A stretch of DNA of 64,000 bases. It comes from Eledone cirrhosa (Eukaryota). Of the stretch, positions 12,983 through 28,576 are shown piece by piece (position 1 is the stretch's first letter; each line of letters opens with the position of its first letter). The stretch lies in contig OZ024753.1 of the NCBI GenBank assembly GCA_964016885.1, positions 16,368,001 through 16,432,000 of the forward strand, given 5' to 3'. The notes below the pieces were generated by a model. It was not told the origin of the DNA. It saw only the letters and a list, made by a program, of their open reading frames with translations, and did no database searches. Made by a program: the position numbers and the translations under genes.

Positions 12983-15900
12983 TGTATGACACAGAATTGG
13001 ATTAGGAAAGTCATGTCAACTGTATGACACAGAATTGGATTAGGAAAGTCATGTCAACTGTATGACACAGGATTGGATTAGGAAAGTCACGTCAACTGTA
13101 TGACACAGGATTGGATTAAGAAAGTCATGTCAACTGTATGACACAGGATTGGATTAGGAAAGTCACGTCAACTGTATGACACAGGATTGGATTAAGAAAG
13201 TCATGTAAACTGTATGACACAGGATTGGATTAGGAAAGTCATGTCAACTGTATGACACAGGATTGGATTAGGAAAGTCATGTCAACTGTATGACACAGGA
13301 TTGGATTAGGAAAGTCATGTCAACTGTATGACACAGGATTGGATTAGGAAAGTCACGTCAACTGTATGACACAGGATTGGATTAAGAAAGTCATGTAAAC
13401 TGTATGACACAGGATTGGATTAGGAAAGTCATGTCAACTGTATGACACAGAATTGGATTAGGAAAGTCATGTCAACTGTATGACACAGAATTGGATTAGG
13501 AAAGTCATGTCAACTGTATGACACAGAATTGGATTAGGAAAGTCATGTCAACTGTATGACACAGGATTGGATTAGGAAAGTCATGTCAACTGTATGACAC
13601 AGAATTGGATTAGGAAAGCCATGTCAACTGTATGACACAGAATTGGATTAGGAAAGTCATGTCAACTGTATGACACAGAATTGGATTAGGAAAGTCATGT
13701 CAACTGTATGACACAGAATTGGATTAAGAAAGTCATGTCAACTGTATGACACAGGATTGGATTAGGAAAGTCATGTCAACTGTATGACACAGAATTGGAT
13801 TAGGAAAGTCATGTCAACTGTATGACACAGGATTGGATTAGGAAAGCCATGTCAACTGTATGACACAGAATTGGATTAAGAAAGTCATATCAACTGTATG
13901 ACACAGGATTGGATTAGGAAAGTCATGTCAACTGTATGACACAGAATTGGATTAGGACAGTCATGTCAACTGTATGACACAGAATTGGATTGAGAAAGTC
14001 ATGTCAACTGTATGACACAGGATTGGATTAGGAAAGTCATGTCAACTGTATGACACAGGATTGGATTAGGAAAGTCATGTCAAATGTATGACACAGAATT
14101 GGATTAAGAAAGTCATGTCAACTGTATGACACAGGATTGGATTAGGAAAGTCATGTCAACTGTATGACACAGGATTGGATTAGGAAAGTCATGTTAAATG
14201 TATGACACAGAATTGGATTAAGAAAGTCATGTCAACTGTATGACACAGGATTGGATTAGGAAAGTCATGTCAACTGTATGACACAGAATTGGATTAGGAC
14301 AGTCATGTCAACTGTATGACACAGAATTGGATTAGGAAAGTCATGTCAACTGTATGACACAGAATTGGATTAGGAAAGTCATGTCAACTGTATGACATAG
14401 AATTGGATTAGGAAAGTCATGTCAACTGTATGACAGAATTGGATCAGGAAAGTCATGTCAACTGTATGTCATAGAATTGGATTAGGAAAGTCATGTCAAC
14501 TGTATGTCACAGAAATGGATTAGGAAAGGCACGTCAACTGTATGACACAGAATTGGATTAGGAAAGTCATGTCAACTGTATGACACAGAATTGGATTAGG
14601 AAAGTCATGTCAACTGTATGACACAGAATTGGATTAGGAAAGTCATGTCAACCGTATGACACAGAATTGGATTAGGAAAGTCATGTCAACTGTATGACAC
14701 AGAATTGGATTAGGAAAGTCATGTCAACTGTATGACACAGAATTGGATTAGGAAAGTCATGTCAACTGTATGACACAGAATTGCATTAGGAAAGTCATGT
14801 CAACTGTATGACACAGAATTGCATTAGGAAAGTCATGTCAACTGTATGACACAGAATTGGATTAAGAAAGTCACGTAAACTGTATGACACAGAATTGGAT
14901 TAGGAAAGTCACGTCAACTGTATGACACAGAATTGAATTAGGAAAGTCATGTCAACTGTATGACACAGAATCTGATTAGGAAAGTCACGTCAACTGTATG
15001 ACACAGAATTGGATTAGGAAAGTCACGTCAACTGTATGACACAGAATTTGATTAGGAAAGTCACGTCAACTGTATGACACAGAATTGGATTAGGAAAGTC
15101 ACGTCAACTGTATGACACAGAATTGGATTAGGAAAGTAATGTCAACTGTATGACACAGAATCTGATTAGGAAAGTCACGTCAACTGTATGACACAGAATT
15201 GGATTAGGAAAGTCACGTCAACTGTATGACACAGAATTGGATTAGGAAAGTCATGTCAACTGTATGACATAGAATTGGATTAGGAAAGTCATGTCAACTG
15301 TATGACACAGAATTGGATTAGGACAGTCATGTCAACTGTATGACACAGAATTGGATTAGGAAAGTCATGTCAACTGTATGACACAGAATTGGATTAGGAA
15401 AGTCATGTCAACTGTATGACAGAATTGGATTAGGAAAGTCATGTCAACTGTATGACACAGAATTGGATTAGGAAAGTCATGTCAACTGTATGACACAGAA
15501 TTGGATTAGGAAAGTCACGTCAACTGTATGACACAGAATTGGATTAGGAAAGTCATGTCAACTGTATGACACAGAATTAGATTAGGAAAGTCATGTCAAC
15601 TGTATGACACAGAATTGGATTAGGAAAGTCACGTCAACTGTATGACAGAATTGGATTAGGAAAGTCATGTCGACTGTATGACACAGAATTGGATTAGGAA
15701 AGTCATGTCAACTGTATGACACAGAATTGGATTAGGAAAGTCATGTCAACTGTATGACAGAATTGGATTAGGAAAGTCATGTCAAATATATGACACAGAA
15801 TTTGATTAGGAAAGTCATGTCAACTGTATGACACAGAATTGGATTAGGAAAGTCATGTCAACTGTATGACACATAATTGGATTAGGAAAGTCATGTCAAC

Positions 15901-18900
15901 TGTATGACACAGAATTGGATTAGGAAAGTCATGTCAACTGTAATGCAGAATTGGATTAGGAAAGTCATGTCAAATGTATGACACAGAATTGGATTAGGAA
16001 AGTCATGTCAACTGTATGACACAGAATTGGATTAGGAAAGTCACGTCAACTGTATGACACAGAATTGGATTAGGAAAGTCACGTCAACTGTATGACACAG
16101 AATTGGATTAGGAAAGTCATGTCAACTGTATGACACATAATTGGATTAGGAAAGTCATGTCAACTGTATGACACAGAATTGGATTAGGAAAGTCATGTCA
16201 ACTGTATGACACAGAATTGGATTAGGAAAGTCATGTCAACTGTATGACACAGGATTGGATTAGGAAAGTCATGTCAACTGTATGACACAGAATTGGATTA
16301 GGAAAGCCATGTCAACTGTATGACACAGAATTGGATTAGGAAAGTCATGTCAACTGTATGACACAGAATTGGATTAGGAAAGTCATGTCAACTGTATGAC
16401 ACAGAATTGGATTAAGAAAGTCATGTCAACTGTATGACACAGGATTGGATTAGGAAAGTCATGTCAACTGTATGACACAGAATTGGATTAGGAAAGTCAT
16501 GTCAACTGTATGACACAGGATTGGATTAGGAAAGCCATGTCAACTGTATGACACAGAATTGGATTAAGAAAGTCATATCAACTGTATGACACAGGATTGG
16601 ATTAGGAAAGTCATGTCAACTGTATGACACAGAATTGGATTAGGACAGTCATGTCAACTGTATGACACAGAATTGGATTGAGAAAGTCATGTCAACTGTA
16701 TGACACAGGATTGGATTAGGAAAGTCATGTCAACTGTATGACACAGGATTGGATTAGGAAAGTCATGTCAAATGTATGACACAGAATTGGATTAAGAAAG
16801 TCATGTCAACTGTATGACACAGGATTGGATTAGGAAAGTCATGTCAACTGTATGACTCAGGATTGGATTAGGAAAGTCATGTTAAATGTATGACACAGAA
16901 TTGGATTAAGAAAGTCATGTCAACTGTATGACACAGGATTGGATTAGGAAAGTCATGTCAACTGTATGACACAGAATTGGATTAGGACAGTCATGTCAAC
17001 TGTATGACACAGAATTGGATTAGGAAAGTCATGTCAACTGTATGACACAGAATTGGATTAGGAAAGTCATGTCAACTGTATGACATAGAATTAGATTAGG
17101 AAAGTCATGTCAACTGTATGACAGAATTGGATCAGGAAAGTCATGTCAACTGTATGTCATAGAATTGGATTAGGAAAGTCATGTCAACTGTATGTCACAG
17201 AAATGGATTAGGAAAGGCACGTCAACTGTATGACACAGAATTGGATTAGGAAAGTCATGTCAACTGTATGACACAGAATTGGATTAGGAAAGTCATGTCA
17301 ACTGTATGACACAGAATTGGATTAGGAAAGTCATGTCAACCGTATGACACATAATTGGATTAGGAAAGTCATGTCAACTGTATGACACAGAATTGGATTA
17401 GGAAAGTCATGTCAACTGTATGACACAGAATTGGATTAGGAAAGTCATGTCAACTGTATGACACAGAATTGGATTAGGAAAGTCATGTCAACTGTATGAC
17501 ACAGAATTGCATTAGGAAAGTCATGTCAACTGTATGACACAGAATTGGATTAGGAAAGTCACGTAAACTGTATGACACAGAATTGGATTAGGAAAGTCAT
17601 GTCAACTGTATGACACAGAATTGGATTAGGAAAGTCATGTCAACTGTATGACACAGAATTGGATTAGGAAAGTCACGTCAACTGTATGACACAGAATTGG
17701 ATTAGGAAAGTCACGTCAAGTGTATGACACAGAATTGGATTAGGAAAGTCATGTCAACTGTATGACACAGAATTGGATTAGGAAAGTCACGTCAACTGTA
17801 TGACACAGAATTGGATTAGGAAAGTCACGTCAACTGTATGACACAGAATTGGATTAGGAAAGTCACGTCAACTGTATGACACAGAATTGGATTAGGAAAG
17901 TCATGTCAACTGTATGACACAGAATCTGATTAGGAAAGTCACGTCAAGTGTATGACACAGAATTGGATTAGGAAAGTCATGTCAACTGTATGACACAGAA
18001 TTGGATTAGGAAAGTCATGTCAACTGTATGACACAGAATTGGATTAGGAAAGTCACGTCAACTGTATGACACAGAATTGGATTAGGAAAGTCATGTCAAC
18101 TGTATGACACAGAATTGGATTAGGAAAGTCACGTCAACTGTATGACACAGAATTGGATTAGGAAAGTCATGTCAACTGTATGACACAGAATTGGATTAGG
18201 ACAGTCATGTCAACTGTATGACACAGAATTGGATTAGGAAAGTCATGTCAACTGTATGACACAGAATTGGATTAGGAAAGTCATGTCAACTGTATGACAT
18301 AGAATTGGATTAGGAAAGTCATGTCAACTGTATGACAGAATTGGATCAGGAAAGTCATGTCAACTGTATGTCATAGAATTGGATTAGGAAAGTCATGTCA
18401 ACTGTATGTCACAGAAATGGATTAGGAAAGGCACGTCAACTGTATGACACAGAATTGGATTAGGAAAGTCATGTCAACTGTATGACACAGAATTGGATTA
18501 GGAAAGTCATGTCAACTGTATGACACAGAATTGGATTAGGAAAGTCATGTCAACCGTATGACACAGAATTGGATTAGGAAAGTCATGTCAACTGTATGAC
18601 ACAGAATTGGATTAGGAAAGTCATGTCAACTGTATGACACAGAATTGGATTAGGAAAGTCATGTCAACTGTATGACACAGAATTGCATTAGGAAAGTCAT
18701 GTCAACTGTATGACACAGAATTGCATTAGGAAAGTCATGTCAACTGTATGACACAGAATTGGATTAAGAAAGTCACGTAAACTGTATGACACAGAATTGG
18801 ATTAGGAAAGTCACGTCAACTGTATGACACAGAATTGAATTAGGAAAGTCATGTCAACTGTATGACACAGAATCTGATTAGGAAAGTCACGTCAACTGTA

Positions 18901-21900
18901 TGACACAGAATTGGATTAGGAAAGTCACGTCAACTGTATGACACAGAATTGGATTAGGAAAGTCACGTCAACTGTATGACACAGAATTGGATTAGGAAAG
19001 TCACGTCAACTGTATGACACAGAATTGGATTAGGAAAGTAATGTCAACTGTATGACACAGAATCTGATTAGGAAAGTCACGTCAACTGTATGACACAGAA
19101 TTGGATTAGGAAAGTCACGTCAACTGTATGACACAGAATTGGATTAGGAAAGTCATGTCAACTGTATGACATAGAATTGGATTAGGAAAGTCATGTCAAC
19201 TGTATGACACAGAATTGGATTAGGACAGTCATGTCAACTGTATGACACAGAATTGGATTAGGAAAGTCATGTCAACTGTATGACACAGAATTGGATTAGG
19301 AAAGTCATGTCAACTGTATGACAGAATTGGATTAGGAAAGTCATGTCAACTGTATGACACAGAATTGGATTAGGAAAGTCATGTCAACTGTATGACACAG
19401 AATTGGATTAGGAAAGTCATGTCAACTGTATGACACAGAATTGGATTAGGAAAGTCACGTCAACTGTATGACACAGAATTGGATTAGGAAAGTCATGTCA
19501 ACTGTATGACACAGAATTAGATTAGGAAAGTCATGTCAACTGTATGACACAGAATTGGATTAGGAAAGTCACGTCAACTGTATGACAGAATTGGATTAGG
19601 AAAGTCATGTCGACTGTATGACACAGAATTGGATTAGGAAAGTCATGTCAACTGTATGACACAGAATTGGATTAGGAAAGTCATGTCAACTGTATGACAG
19701 AATTGGATTAGGAAAGTCATGTCAAATATATGACACAGAATTTGATTAGGAAAGTCATGTCAACTGTATGACACAGAATTGGATTAGGAAAGTCATGTCA
19801 ACTGTATGACACATAATTGGATTAGGAAAGTCATGTCAACTGTATGACACAGAATTGGATTAGGAAAGTCATGTCAACTGTAATGCAGAATTGGATTAGG
19901 AAAGTCATGTCAAATGTATGACACAGAATTGGATTAGGAAAGTCATGTCAACTGTATGACACAGAATTGGATTAGGAAAGTCACGTCAACTGTATGACAC
20001 AGAATTGGATTAGGAAAGTCACGTCAACTGTATGACACAGAATTGGATTAGGAAAGTCATGTCAACTGTATGACACATAATTGGATTAGGAAAGTCATGT
20101 CAACTGTATGACACAGAATTGGATTAGGAAAGTCATGTCAACTGTATGACACAGAATTGGATTAGGAAAGTCATGTCAACTGTATGACACAGGATTGGAT
20201 TAGGAAAGTCATGTCAACTGTATGACACAGAATTGGATTAGGAAAGCCATGTCAACTGTATGACACAGAATTGGATTAGGAAAGTCATGTCAACTGTATG
20301 ACACAGAATTGGATTAGGAAAGTCATGTCAACTGTATGACACAGAATTGGATTAAGAAAGTCATGTCAACTGTATGACACAGGATTGGATTAGGAAAGTC
20401 ATGTCAACTGTATGACACAGAATTGGATTAGGAAAGTCATGTCAACTGTATGACACAGGATTGGATTAGGAAAGCCATGTCAACTGTATGACACAGAATT
20501 GGATTAAGAAAGTCATATCAACTGTATGACACAGGATTGGATTAGGAAAGTCATGTCAACTGTATGACACAGAATTGGATTAGGACAGTCATGTCAACTG
20601 TATGACACAGAATTGGATTGAGAAAGTCATGTCAACTGTATGACACAGGATTGGATTAGGAAAGTCATGTCAACTGTATGACACAGGATTGGATTAGGAA
20701 AGTCATGTCAAATGTATGACACAGAATTGGATTAAGAAAGTCATGTCAACTGTATGACACAGGATTGGATTAGGAAAGTCATGTCAACTGTATGACACAG
20801 GATTGGATTAGGAAAGTCATGTTAAATGTATGACACAGAATTGGATTAAGAAAGTCATGTCAACTGTATGACACAGGATTGGATTAGGAAAGTCATGTCA
20901 ACTGTATGACACAGAATTGGATTAGGACAGTCATGTCAACTGTATGACACAGAATTGGATTAGGAAAGTCATGTCAACTGTATGACACAGAATTGGATTA
21001 GGAAAGTCATGTCAACTGTATGACATAGAATTAGATTAGGAAAGTCATGTCAACTGTATGACAGAATTGGATCAGGAAAGTCATGTCAACTGTATGTCAT
21101 AGAATTGGATTAGGAAAGTCATGTCAACTGTATGTCACAGAAATGGATTAGGAAAGGCACGTCAACTGTATGACACAGAATTGGATTAGGAAAGTCATGT
21201 CAACTGTATGACACAGAATTGGATTAGGAAAGTCATGTCAACTGTATGACACAGAATTGGATTAGGAAAGTCATGTCAACCGTATGACACAGAATTGGAT
21301 TAGGAAAGTCATGTCAACTGTATGACACAGAATTGGATTAGGAAAGTCATGTCAACTGTATGACACAGAATTGGATTAGGAAAGTCATGTCAACTGTATG
21401 ACACAGAATTGGATTAGGAAAGTCATGTCAACTGTATGACACAGAATTGGATTAGGAAAGTCATGTCAACTGTATGACACAGAATTGGATTAGGAAAGTC
21501 ACGTAAACTGTATGACACAGAATTGGATTAGGAAAGTCATGTCAACTGTATGACACAGAATTGGATTAGGAAAGTCATGTCAACTGTATGACACAGAATT
21601 GGATTAGGAAAGTCATGTCAACTGTATGACACAGAATTGCATTAGGAAAGTCATGTCAACTGTATGACACAGAATTGGATTAGGAAAGTCACGTAAACTG
21701 TATGACACAGAATTGGATTAGGAAAGTCATGTCAACTGTATGACACAGAATTGGATTAGGAAAGTCATGTCAACTGTATGACACAGAATTGGATTAGGAA
21801 AGTCACGTCAACTGTATGACACAGAATCTGATTAGGAAAGTCACGTCAAGTGTATGACACAGAATTGGATTAGGAAAGTCATGTCAACTGTATGACACAG

Positions 21901-24900
21901 AATTGGATTAGGAAAGTCATGTCAACTGTATGACACAGAATTGGATTAGGAAAGTCACGTCAACTGTATGACACAGAATTGGATTAGGAAAGTCATGTCA
22001 ACTGTATGACACAGAATTGGATTAGGAAAGTCACGTCAACTGTATGACACAGAATTGGATTAGGAAAGTCATGTCAACTGTATGACACAGAATCTGATTA
22101 GGAAAGTCACGTCAACTGTATGACACAGAATTGGATTAGGAAAGTCACGTCAACTGTATGACACAGAATTGGATTAGGAAAGTCACGTCAACTGTATGAC
22201 ACAGAATTGGATTAGGAAAGTCATGTCAACTGTATGACACAGAATCTGATTAGGAAAGTCACGTCAACTGTATGACACAGAATTGGATTAGGAAAGTCAC
22301 GTCAACTGTATGACACAGAATTGGATTAGGAAAGTCACGTCAACTGTATGACACAGAATTGGATTAGGAAAGTCACGTCAACTGTATGACACATAATTGG
22401 ATTAGGAAAGTAATGTCAACTGTATGACACAGAATCTGATTAGGAAAGTCACGTCAACTGTATGACACAGAATTGGATTAGGAAAGTCACGTCAACTGTA
22501 TGACACAGAATTGGATTAGGAAAGTCATGTCAACTGTATGACATAGAATTGGATTAGGAAAGTCATGTCAACTGTATGACACAGAATTGGATTAGGACAG
22601 TCATGTCAACTGTATGACACAGAATTGGATTAGGAAAGTCATGTCAACTGTATGACACAGAATTGGATTAGGAAAGTCATGTCAACTGTATGACAGAATT
22701 GGATTAGGAAAGTCATGTCAACTGTATGACACAGAATTGGATTAGGAAAGTCACGTCAACTGTATGACACAGAATTGGATTAGGAAAGTCATGTCAACTG
22801 TATGACACAGAATTAGATTAGGAAAGTCATGTCAACTGTATGACACAGAATTGGATTAGGAAAGTCACGTCAACTGTATGACACAGAATTGGATTAGGAA
22901 AGTCACGTCAACTGTATGACACAGAATTGGATTAGGAAAGTCACGTCAACTGTATGACACAGAATTGGATTAGGAAAGTCATGTCAACTGTATGACACAG
23001 AATTAGATTAGGAAAGTCATGTCAACTGTATGACACAGAATTGGATTAGGAAAGTCATGTCAACTGTATGACACAGAATTGGATTAGGAAAGTCATGTCA
23101 ACTGTATGACACAGAATTAGATTAGGAAAGTCATGTCAACTGTATGACACAGAATTGGATTAGGAAAGTCATGTCAACTGTATGACACAGAATTAGATTA
23201 GGAAAGTCATGTCAACTGTATGACACAGAATTGGATTAGGAAAGTCACGTCAACTGTATGACACAGAATTGGATTAGGAAAGTCATGTCAACTGTATGAC
23301 ACAGAATTGGATTAGGAAAGTCACGTCAACTGTATGACACAGAATTGGATTAGGAAAGTCATGTCAACTGTATGACACAGAATTAGATTAGGAAAGTCAT
23401 GTCAACTGTATGACACAGAATTAGATTAGGAAAGTCATGTCAACTGTATGACACAGAATTGGATTAGGAAAGTCACGTCAACTGTATGACACAGAATTGG
23501 ATTAGGAAAGTCATGTCAACTGTATGACACAGAATTAGATTAGGAAAGTCATGTCAACTGTATGACACAGAATTGGATTAGGAAAGTCACGTCAACTGTA
23601 TGACACAGAATTGGATTAGGAAAGTCATGTCAACTGTATGACACAGAATTGGATTAGGAAAGTCACGTCAACTGTATGACACAGAATTGGATTAGGAAAG
23701 TCATGTCAACTGTATGACACAGAATTGGATTAGGAAAGTCACGTCAACTGTATGACACAGAATTGGATTAGGAAAGTCATGTCAACTGTATGACACAGAA
23801 TTAGATTAGGAAAGTCATGTCAACTGTATGACACAGAATTGGATTAGGAAAGTCACGTCAACTGTATGACACAGAATTGGATTAGGAAAGTCATGTCAAC
23901 TGTATGACACAGAATTGGATTAGGAAAGTCACGTCAACTGTATGACACAGAATTGGATTAGGAAAGTCATGTCAACTGTATGACACAGAATTAGATTAGG
24001 AAAGTCATGTCAACTGTATGACACAGAATTGGATTAGGAAAGTCATGTCGACTGTATGACACAGAATTGGATTAGGAAAGTCATGTGAACTGTATGACAC
24101 AGAATTGGATTAGGAAAGTCATGTCAACTGTATGACAGAATTGGATTAGGAAAGTCATGTCAAATATATGACACAGAATTTGATTAGGAAAGTCATGTCA
24201 ACTGTATGACACAGAATTGGATTAGGAAAGTCATGTCAACTGTATGACACAGAATTGGATTAGGAAAGTCATGTCAACTGTATGACAGAATTGGATTAGG
24301 AAAGTCATGTCAAATGTATGACACAGAATTGGATTAGGAAAGTCATGTCAACTGTATGACACAGAATTGGATTAGGAAAGTCACGTCAACTGTATGACAC
24401 AGAATTGGATTAGGAAAGTCACGTCAACTGTATGACACAGAATTGGATTAGGAAAGTCATGTCAACTGTATGACACATAATTGGATTAGGAAAGTCATGT
24501 CAACTGTATGACACAGAATTGGATTAGGAAAGTCATGTCAACTGTATGACACAGAATTGGACTAGGAAAGTCATGTCAACTGTATGACACAGAATTGGAT
24601 TAGGAAAGTCATGTCAACTGTATGACACAGAATTGGATTAGGAAAGTCATCTCAACTGTATGACACAGAATTGGATTAGGAAAGTCATGTCAACTGTATG
24701 ACAGAATTGGATTAGGAAAGTCATGTCAAATGTATGACACAGAATTGGATTAGGAAAGTCATGTCAACTGTATGACACAGAATTGGATTAGGAAAGTCAT
24801 GTCAACTGTATGACAGAATTGGATTAGGAAAGTCATGTCAAATGTATGACACAGAATTGGATTAGGAAAGTCACGTCAACTGTATGACACAGAATTGGAT

Positions 24901-26405
24901 TAGGAAAGTCATGTCAACTGTATGACAGAATTGGATTAGGAAAGTCATGTCAACTGTATGACAGAATTGGATTAGGAAAGTCATGTCAACTGTATGTCAT
25001 AGAATTGGATTAGGAAAGTCATGTCAACTGTATGTCACAGAAATGGATTAGGAAAGTCACGTCAACTGTATGACACAGAATTGGATTAGGAAAGTCATGT
25101 CAACTGTATGAGACAGAATTGGATTAGGAAAGTCATGTCAAATGTATGACAGAATTGGATTAGGAAAGTCATGTCAAATGTATGACACAGAATTGGATTA
25201 GGAAAGTCATGTCAACTGTATGACACAGAATTGGATTAGGAATGTCATGTCAACTGTATGACAGAATTGGATTAGGAAAGTCATGTCAACTGTATGACAC
25301 AGAATTGGATTAGGAAAGTCATGTCAACTGTATGATAGAATTGGATTAGGAAAGTCATGTCAACTGTATGACACAGAATTGGATTAGGAAAGTCATGTCA
25401 ACGGTATGACAGAATTGGATTAGGAAAGTCATGTCAACTGTATGACACAGAATTGGATTAGGAAAGTCATGTCAACTGTATGACAGAATTGGATTAGGAA
25501 AGTCATGTCAACTGTATGTCACAGAATTGGATTAGGAAAGTCACGTCAACTGTATGACACAGAATTGGATTAGGAAAGTCACGTCAACTGTATGACAGAA
25601 TTGGATTAGGAAAGTCATGTCAACTATATGACAGAATTGGATTAGGAAAGTCATGTCAACTGTATGACAGAATTGGATTAGGAAAGTCATGTCAACTATA
25701 TGACAGAATTGGATTGGGAAAGTCATGTCAACTGTATGACAGAATTGGATTAGGAAAGTCATGTCAACTGTATGACAGAATTGGATTAGGAAAGTCATGT
25801 CAACTGTATGACACAGAATTGGATTAGGAAAGTCATGTCAACTGTATGACACAGAATTGGATTAGGAAAGTCATGTCAAATGTATGACAGAATTGGATTA
25901 GGAAAGTCATGTCAAATGTATGACACAGAATTGGATTAGGAAAGTCATGTCAACTGTATGACACAGAATTGGATTAGGAATGTCATGTCAACTGTATGAC
26001 AGAATTGGATTAGGAAAGTCATGTCAACTGTATGACACAGAATTGGATTAGGAAAGTCATGTCAACTGTATGATAGAATTGGATTAGGAAAGTCATGTCA
26101 ACTGTATGACACAGAATTGGATTAGGAAAGTCATGTCAACGGTATGACAGAATTGGATTAGGAAAGTCATGTCAACTGTATGACACAGAATTGGATTAGG
26201 AAAGTCATGTCAACTGTATAACACAGAATTGGATTAGGAAAGTCATGTCAACTGTATGACACAGAATTGGATTAGGAAAGTCATGTCAACTGTATGACAC
26301 AGAATTGGATTAGGAAAGTCATGTCAACTGTATGACACAGAATTGGATTAGGAAAGTCATGTCAACTGTATGACACAGAATTGGATTAGGAAAGTCATGT
26401 CAAAT
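12983..26405. repeat. 13.4-kb intronic 38-bp satellite (~350 copies)
   Basis: Unit tgtatgacacagaattggattaggaaagtcatgtcaac, with 36-bp variants. Fills nearly all of the last LRRC23 intron. Confidence 0.99.
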
Positions 26406-26429
26406 GGATGATATACTGGAATATTTTAC

Positions 26430-26572
26430 CTTTTCTTCCTGACGTTGTCTGAGAATCTCTGCAGCTTCTGCCTGCTCCTCTTCTGAGAATTCATCTTCAT
26501 CAAACTTTTCAAGAGTTCTCAAGATGGTTAGAATCTCAAGACGGAGCTCTTCCTCCTGAGTTACTGGATTTT
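26430..26572 (-). CDS. LRRC23: LRRC23-like coding exon (LRRcap and acidic helix)
   Basis: ttcattcag|AA...AAG|gtaaaa, 143 nt, phase 1->0. Translates (E)NPVTQEEELRLEILTILRTLEKFDEDEFSEEEQAEAAEILRQRQEEK, matching the LRRC23 C-terminal pattern NP..E..R.E.L..L..LE.LD...Y.EEE.AEA..I. Confidence 0.88.
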
Positions 26573-26863
26573 CTGAATGAAATATATATATCTGTGTGTA
26601 TATATATATATATAATTATTTGAATATGTATATATGTGTGTATGTATATATATATATATAAATAATTATTTGAATCTCTAACAGTTATGTAAATTACTGT
26701 TATGTATTTTTAAGCTCTCTTACACGCACCCTCTGTATTATATCTAAGTTTTTTTTCATGTATCAATCTTAAGATATATAAATATTGAGTTTTGTCATAT
26801 CTTACTCACTACCATGACTGGATCTTAACCATCTACTATGTCAGGGTATGTCATGCATCATCT

Positions 26864-26930
26864 TATTTTATCTGATGAGGACGTACTGTTGAAGTTAGCT
26901 CAGTACCTCTGAAATATCTGTAATAAAATA
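26864..26930 (+). ncRNA. Type I hammerhead ribozyme motif
   Basis: tattttat CTGATGA [gga.gtactg..cagtac.tct] GAAA tatctg TA ataaaata: 8-bp stem I, intact core, GUA site. Confidence 0.75.
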
Positions 26931-27067
26931 TACTTGATCACAAGAAGTTCTATTTTTGTTAATATTTTGAATTAATATTAATAACTCCGGAAAACCATAT
27001 TGTTGAGTGCTTCCAATCTATTGTAAAACTAGTTCTTTGATTTATTCATTGAACCTTGTTTAACCTT

Positions 27068-27109
<42 letters not shown>

Positions 27110-27149
27110 CATATATATATATATATATATATGCATATATATATATATA

Positions 27150-27201
<52 letters not shown>

Positions 27202-27263
27202 TGCATATATATATATATATGTATGCATATATATATATATGTGTATGTATATATATATGTGTG

Positions 27264-27306
<43 letters not shown>

Positions 27307-27839
27307 ATCTATATATATATATATATGTGTGTGTATCTATATATATATATGCATGTATCATCATCATCGTTTAATATCCATCTTCCCCGCTAGCATGGGT
27401 TAGACGGTTTTGTTCCATTTGATGCGGGAATGGTCAGGAGACCGAGTCTCGGTCGCACGGAAGCGTCTCTGGCAGGGTTTTTTTACTGCTGGATGCCCTA
27501 CCTAACACCAACCATATTTACAGTGTACCTTATTAAAAACTTTGCCTATATATCTGCCTCAGACGAGCCCCATTAGGTGAAACATATGTAACAGCTTTAT
27601 AAAGATATGTTTTAACGGCTTGTAACTCTTTCATTAATCATTTTGCCTATCACCGCTCTGCTTATCCTTGTACACTAAATATTAACCTTCTCTAATATTT
27701 AACCCTGGTAACCCAACCATCTAGCACTTATGCACCCACTTTTGGCATATAATACTCTGTCTGTATCACACCTCTTTATACCTCCTCTTTTACGATACTG
27801 TAACTTTTTATTATATATATATATATGTATATATATACA

Positions 27840-28212
27840 TGGCATAGTGGTTAGAGCATTGGCCTTGCAATCGAAATGTTGTGAGTTCAATTCTCAGACC
27901 GGGTCATGTGTTGTTTCCTTGAGCAAGACACTTTATTTCACATTGCTCCAGTTTACTCAGTTGTAGAAATGAGATGATAGGGACTGGGGTCCATATCATT
28001 CCACTGCAAAGTGGTCGTGGAGGTGCCACAGCAAAAAAGCACCCAGCCCACACTGTAAAGTGGACATGGAGGTGCCACGGCAAAAAAGCACCCAGCACTC
28101 ACTGTAAATGAGGTTGGTGTTAGGAAGGGCATCCAGCTGTAGAAACCAAGCCAGAATCAATTCCCGTCCCACCCTTGCAAGCAGGGAAAAGCGGACGTAA
28201 AATGATGATGAT
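27840..28212 (+). mobile_element. tRNA-derived SINE family 2 with RTE-like 3' tail and (GAT)n
   Basis: ggcatagtggttagagc...gtgagttcaattc...ccttgagcaagacact, then ggtgttaggaagggcatccagc..cggacgtaaaatgatgatg shared with RTE 3' ends. Related copies at 33625-33900(-), 34101-34216 and 52776-53060. Confidence 0.75.
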
Positions 28213-28499
28213 ATATATGTGTGTGTATGTATCATCATCATCATCATCATCGTTTAACGTCCATACATATATATATATGCGTAGATTAGAAAGAAATTAA
28301 GCTTGCATGTTCGATGGATGTATAATAGTAATGTGCACAAAAGGCGAAGCATAAACGAACTAAGAGGGAAACTAAGCATAAGAGGTATCAAATGTTGTGT
28401 TCTGGAGATCAATTGTGGGTCTTCATTTAAGAACCTTTATTGTAGTAGGCTGAAGTGGGGGTAGTGCAGTATGATAGTCCATAATATATAGTAACTCAC

Positions 28500-28576
28500 C
28501 AGCTAAAGTCAATTCTTTCAGGGAAGATAAACAGGACAGTTTTTGAATTTCATCTATATATTCAATGGAGTTCCCT
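28500..28576 (-). CDS. LRRC23: LRRC23-like coding exon
   Basis: ttctttctatccag|A...GCTG|gtgagt, 77 nt, phase 2->1. Translates (K)GNSIEYIDEIQKLSCLSSLKELTLA(E). Confidence 0.88.

Noticed and set aside
12983-26405. CRISPR-like array (38-bp unit with internal dyad)
   Set aside because: Head-to-tail repeats with no unique spacers, no cas genes, and a eukaryotic intron context.
27840-27905. tRNA gene (also at 34101-34170)
   Set aside because: A/B boxes are present, but there is no complete cloverleaf and the sequence continues into a SINE body.
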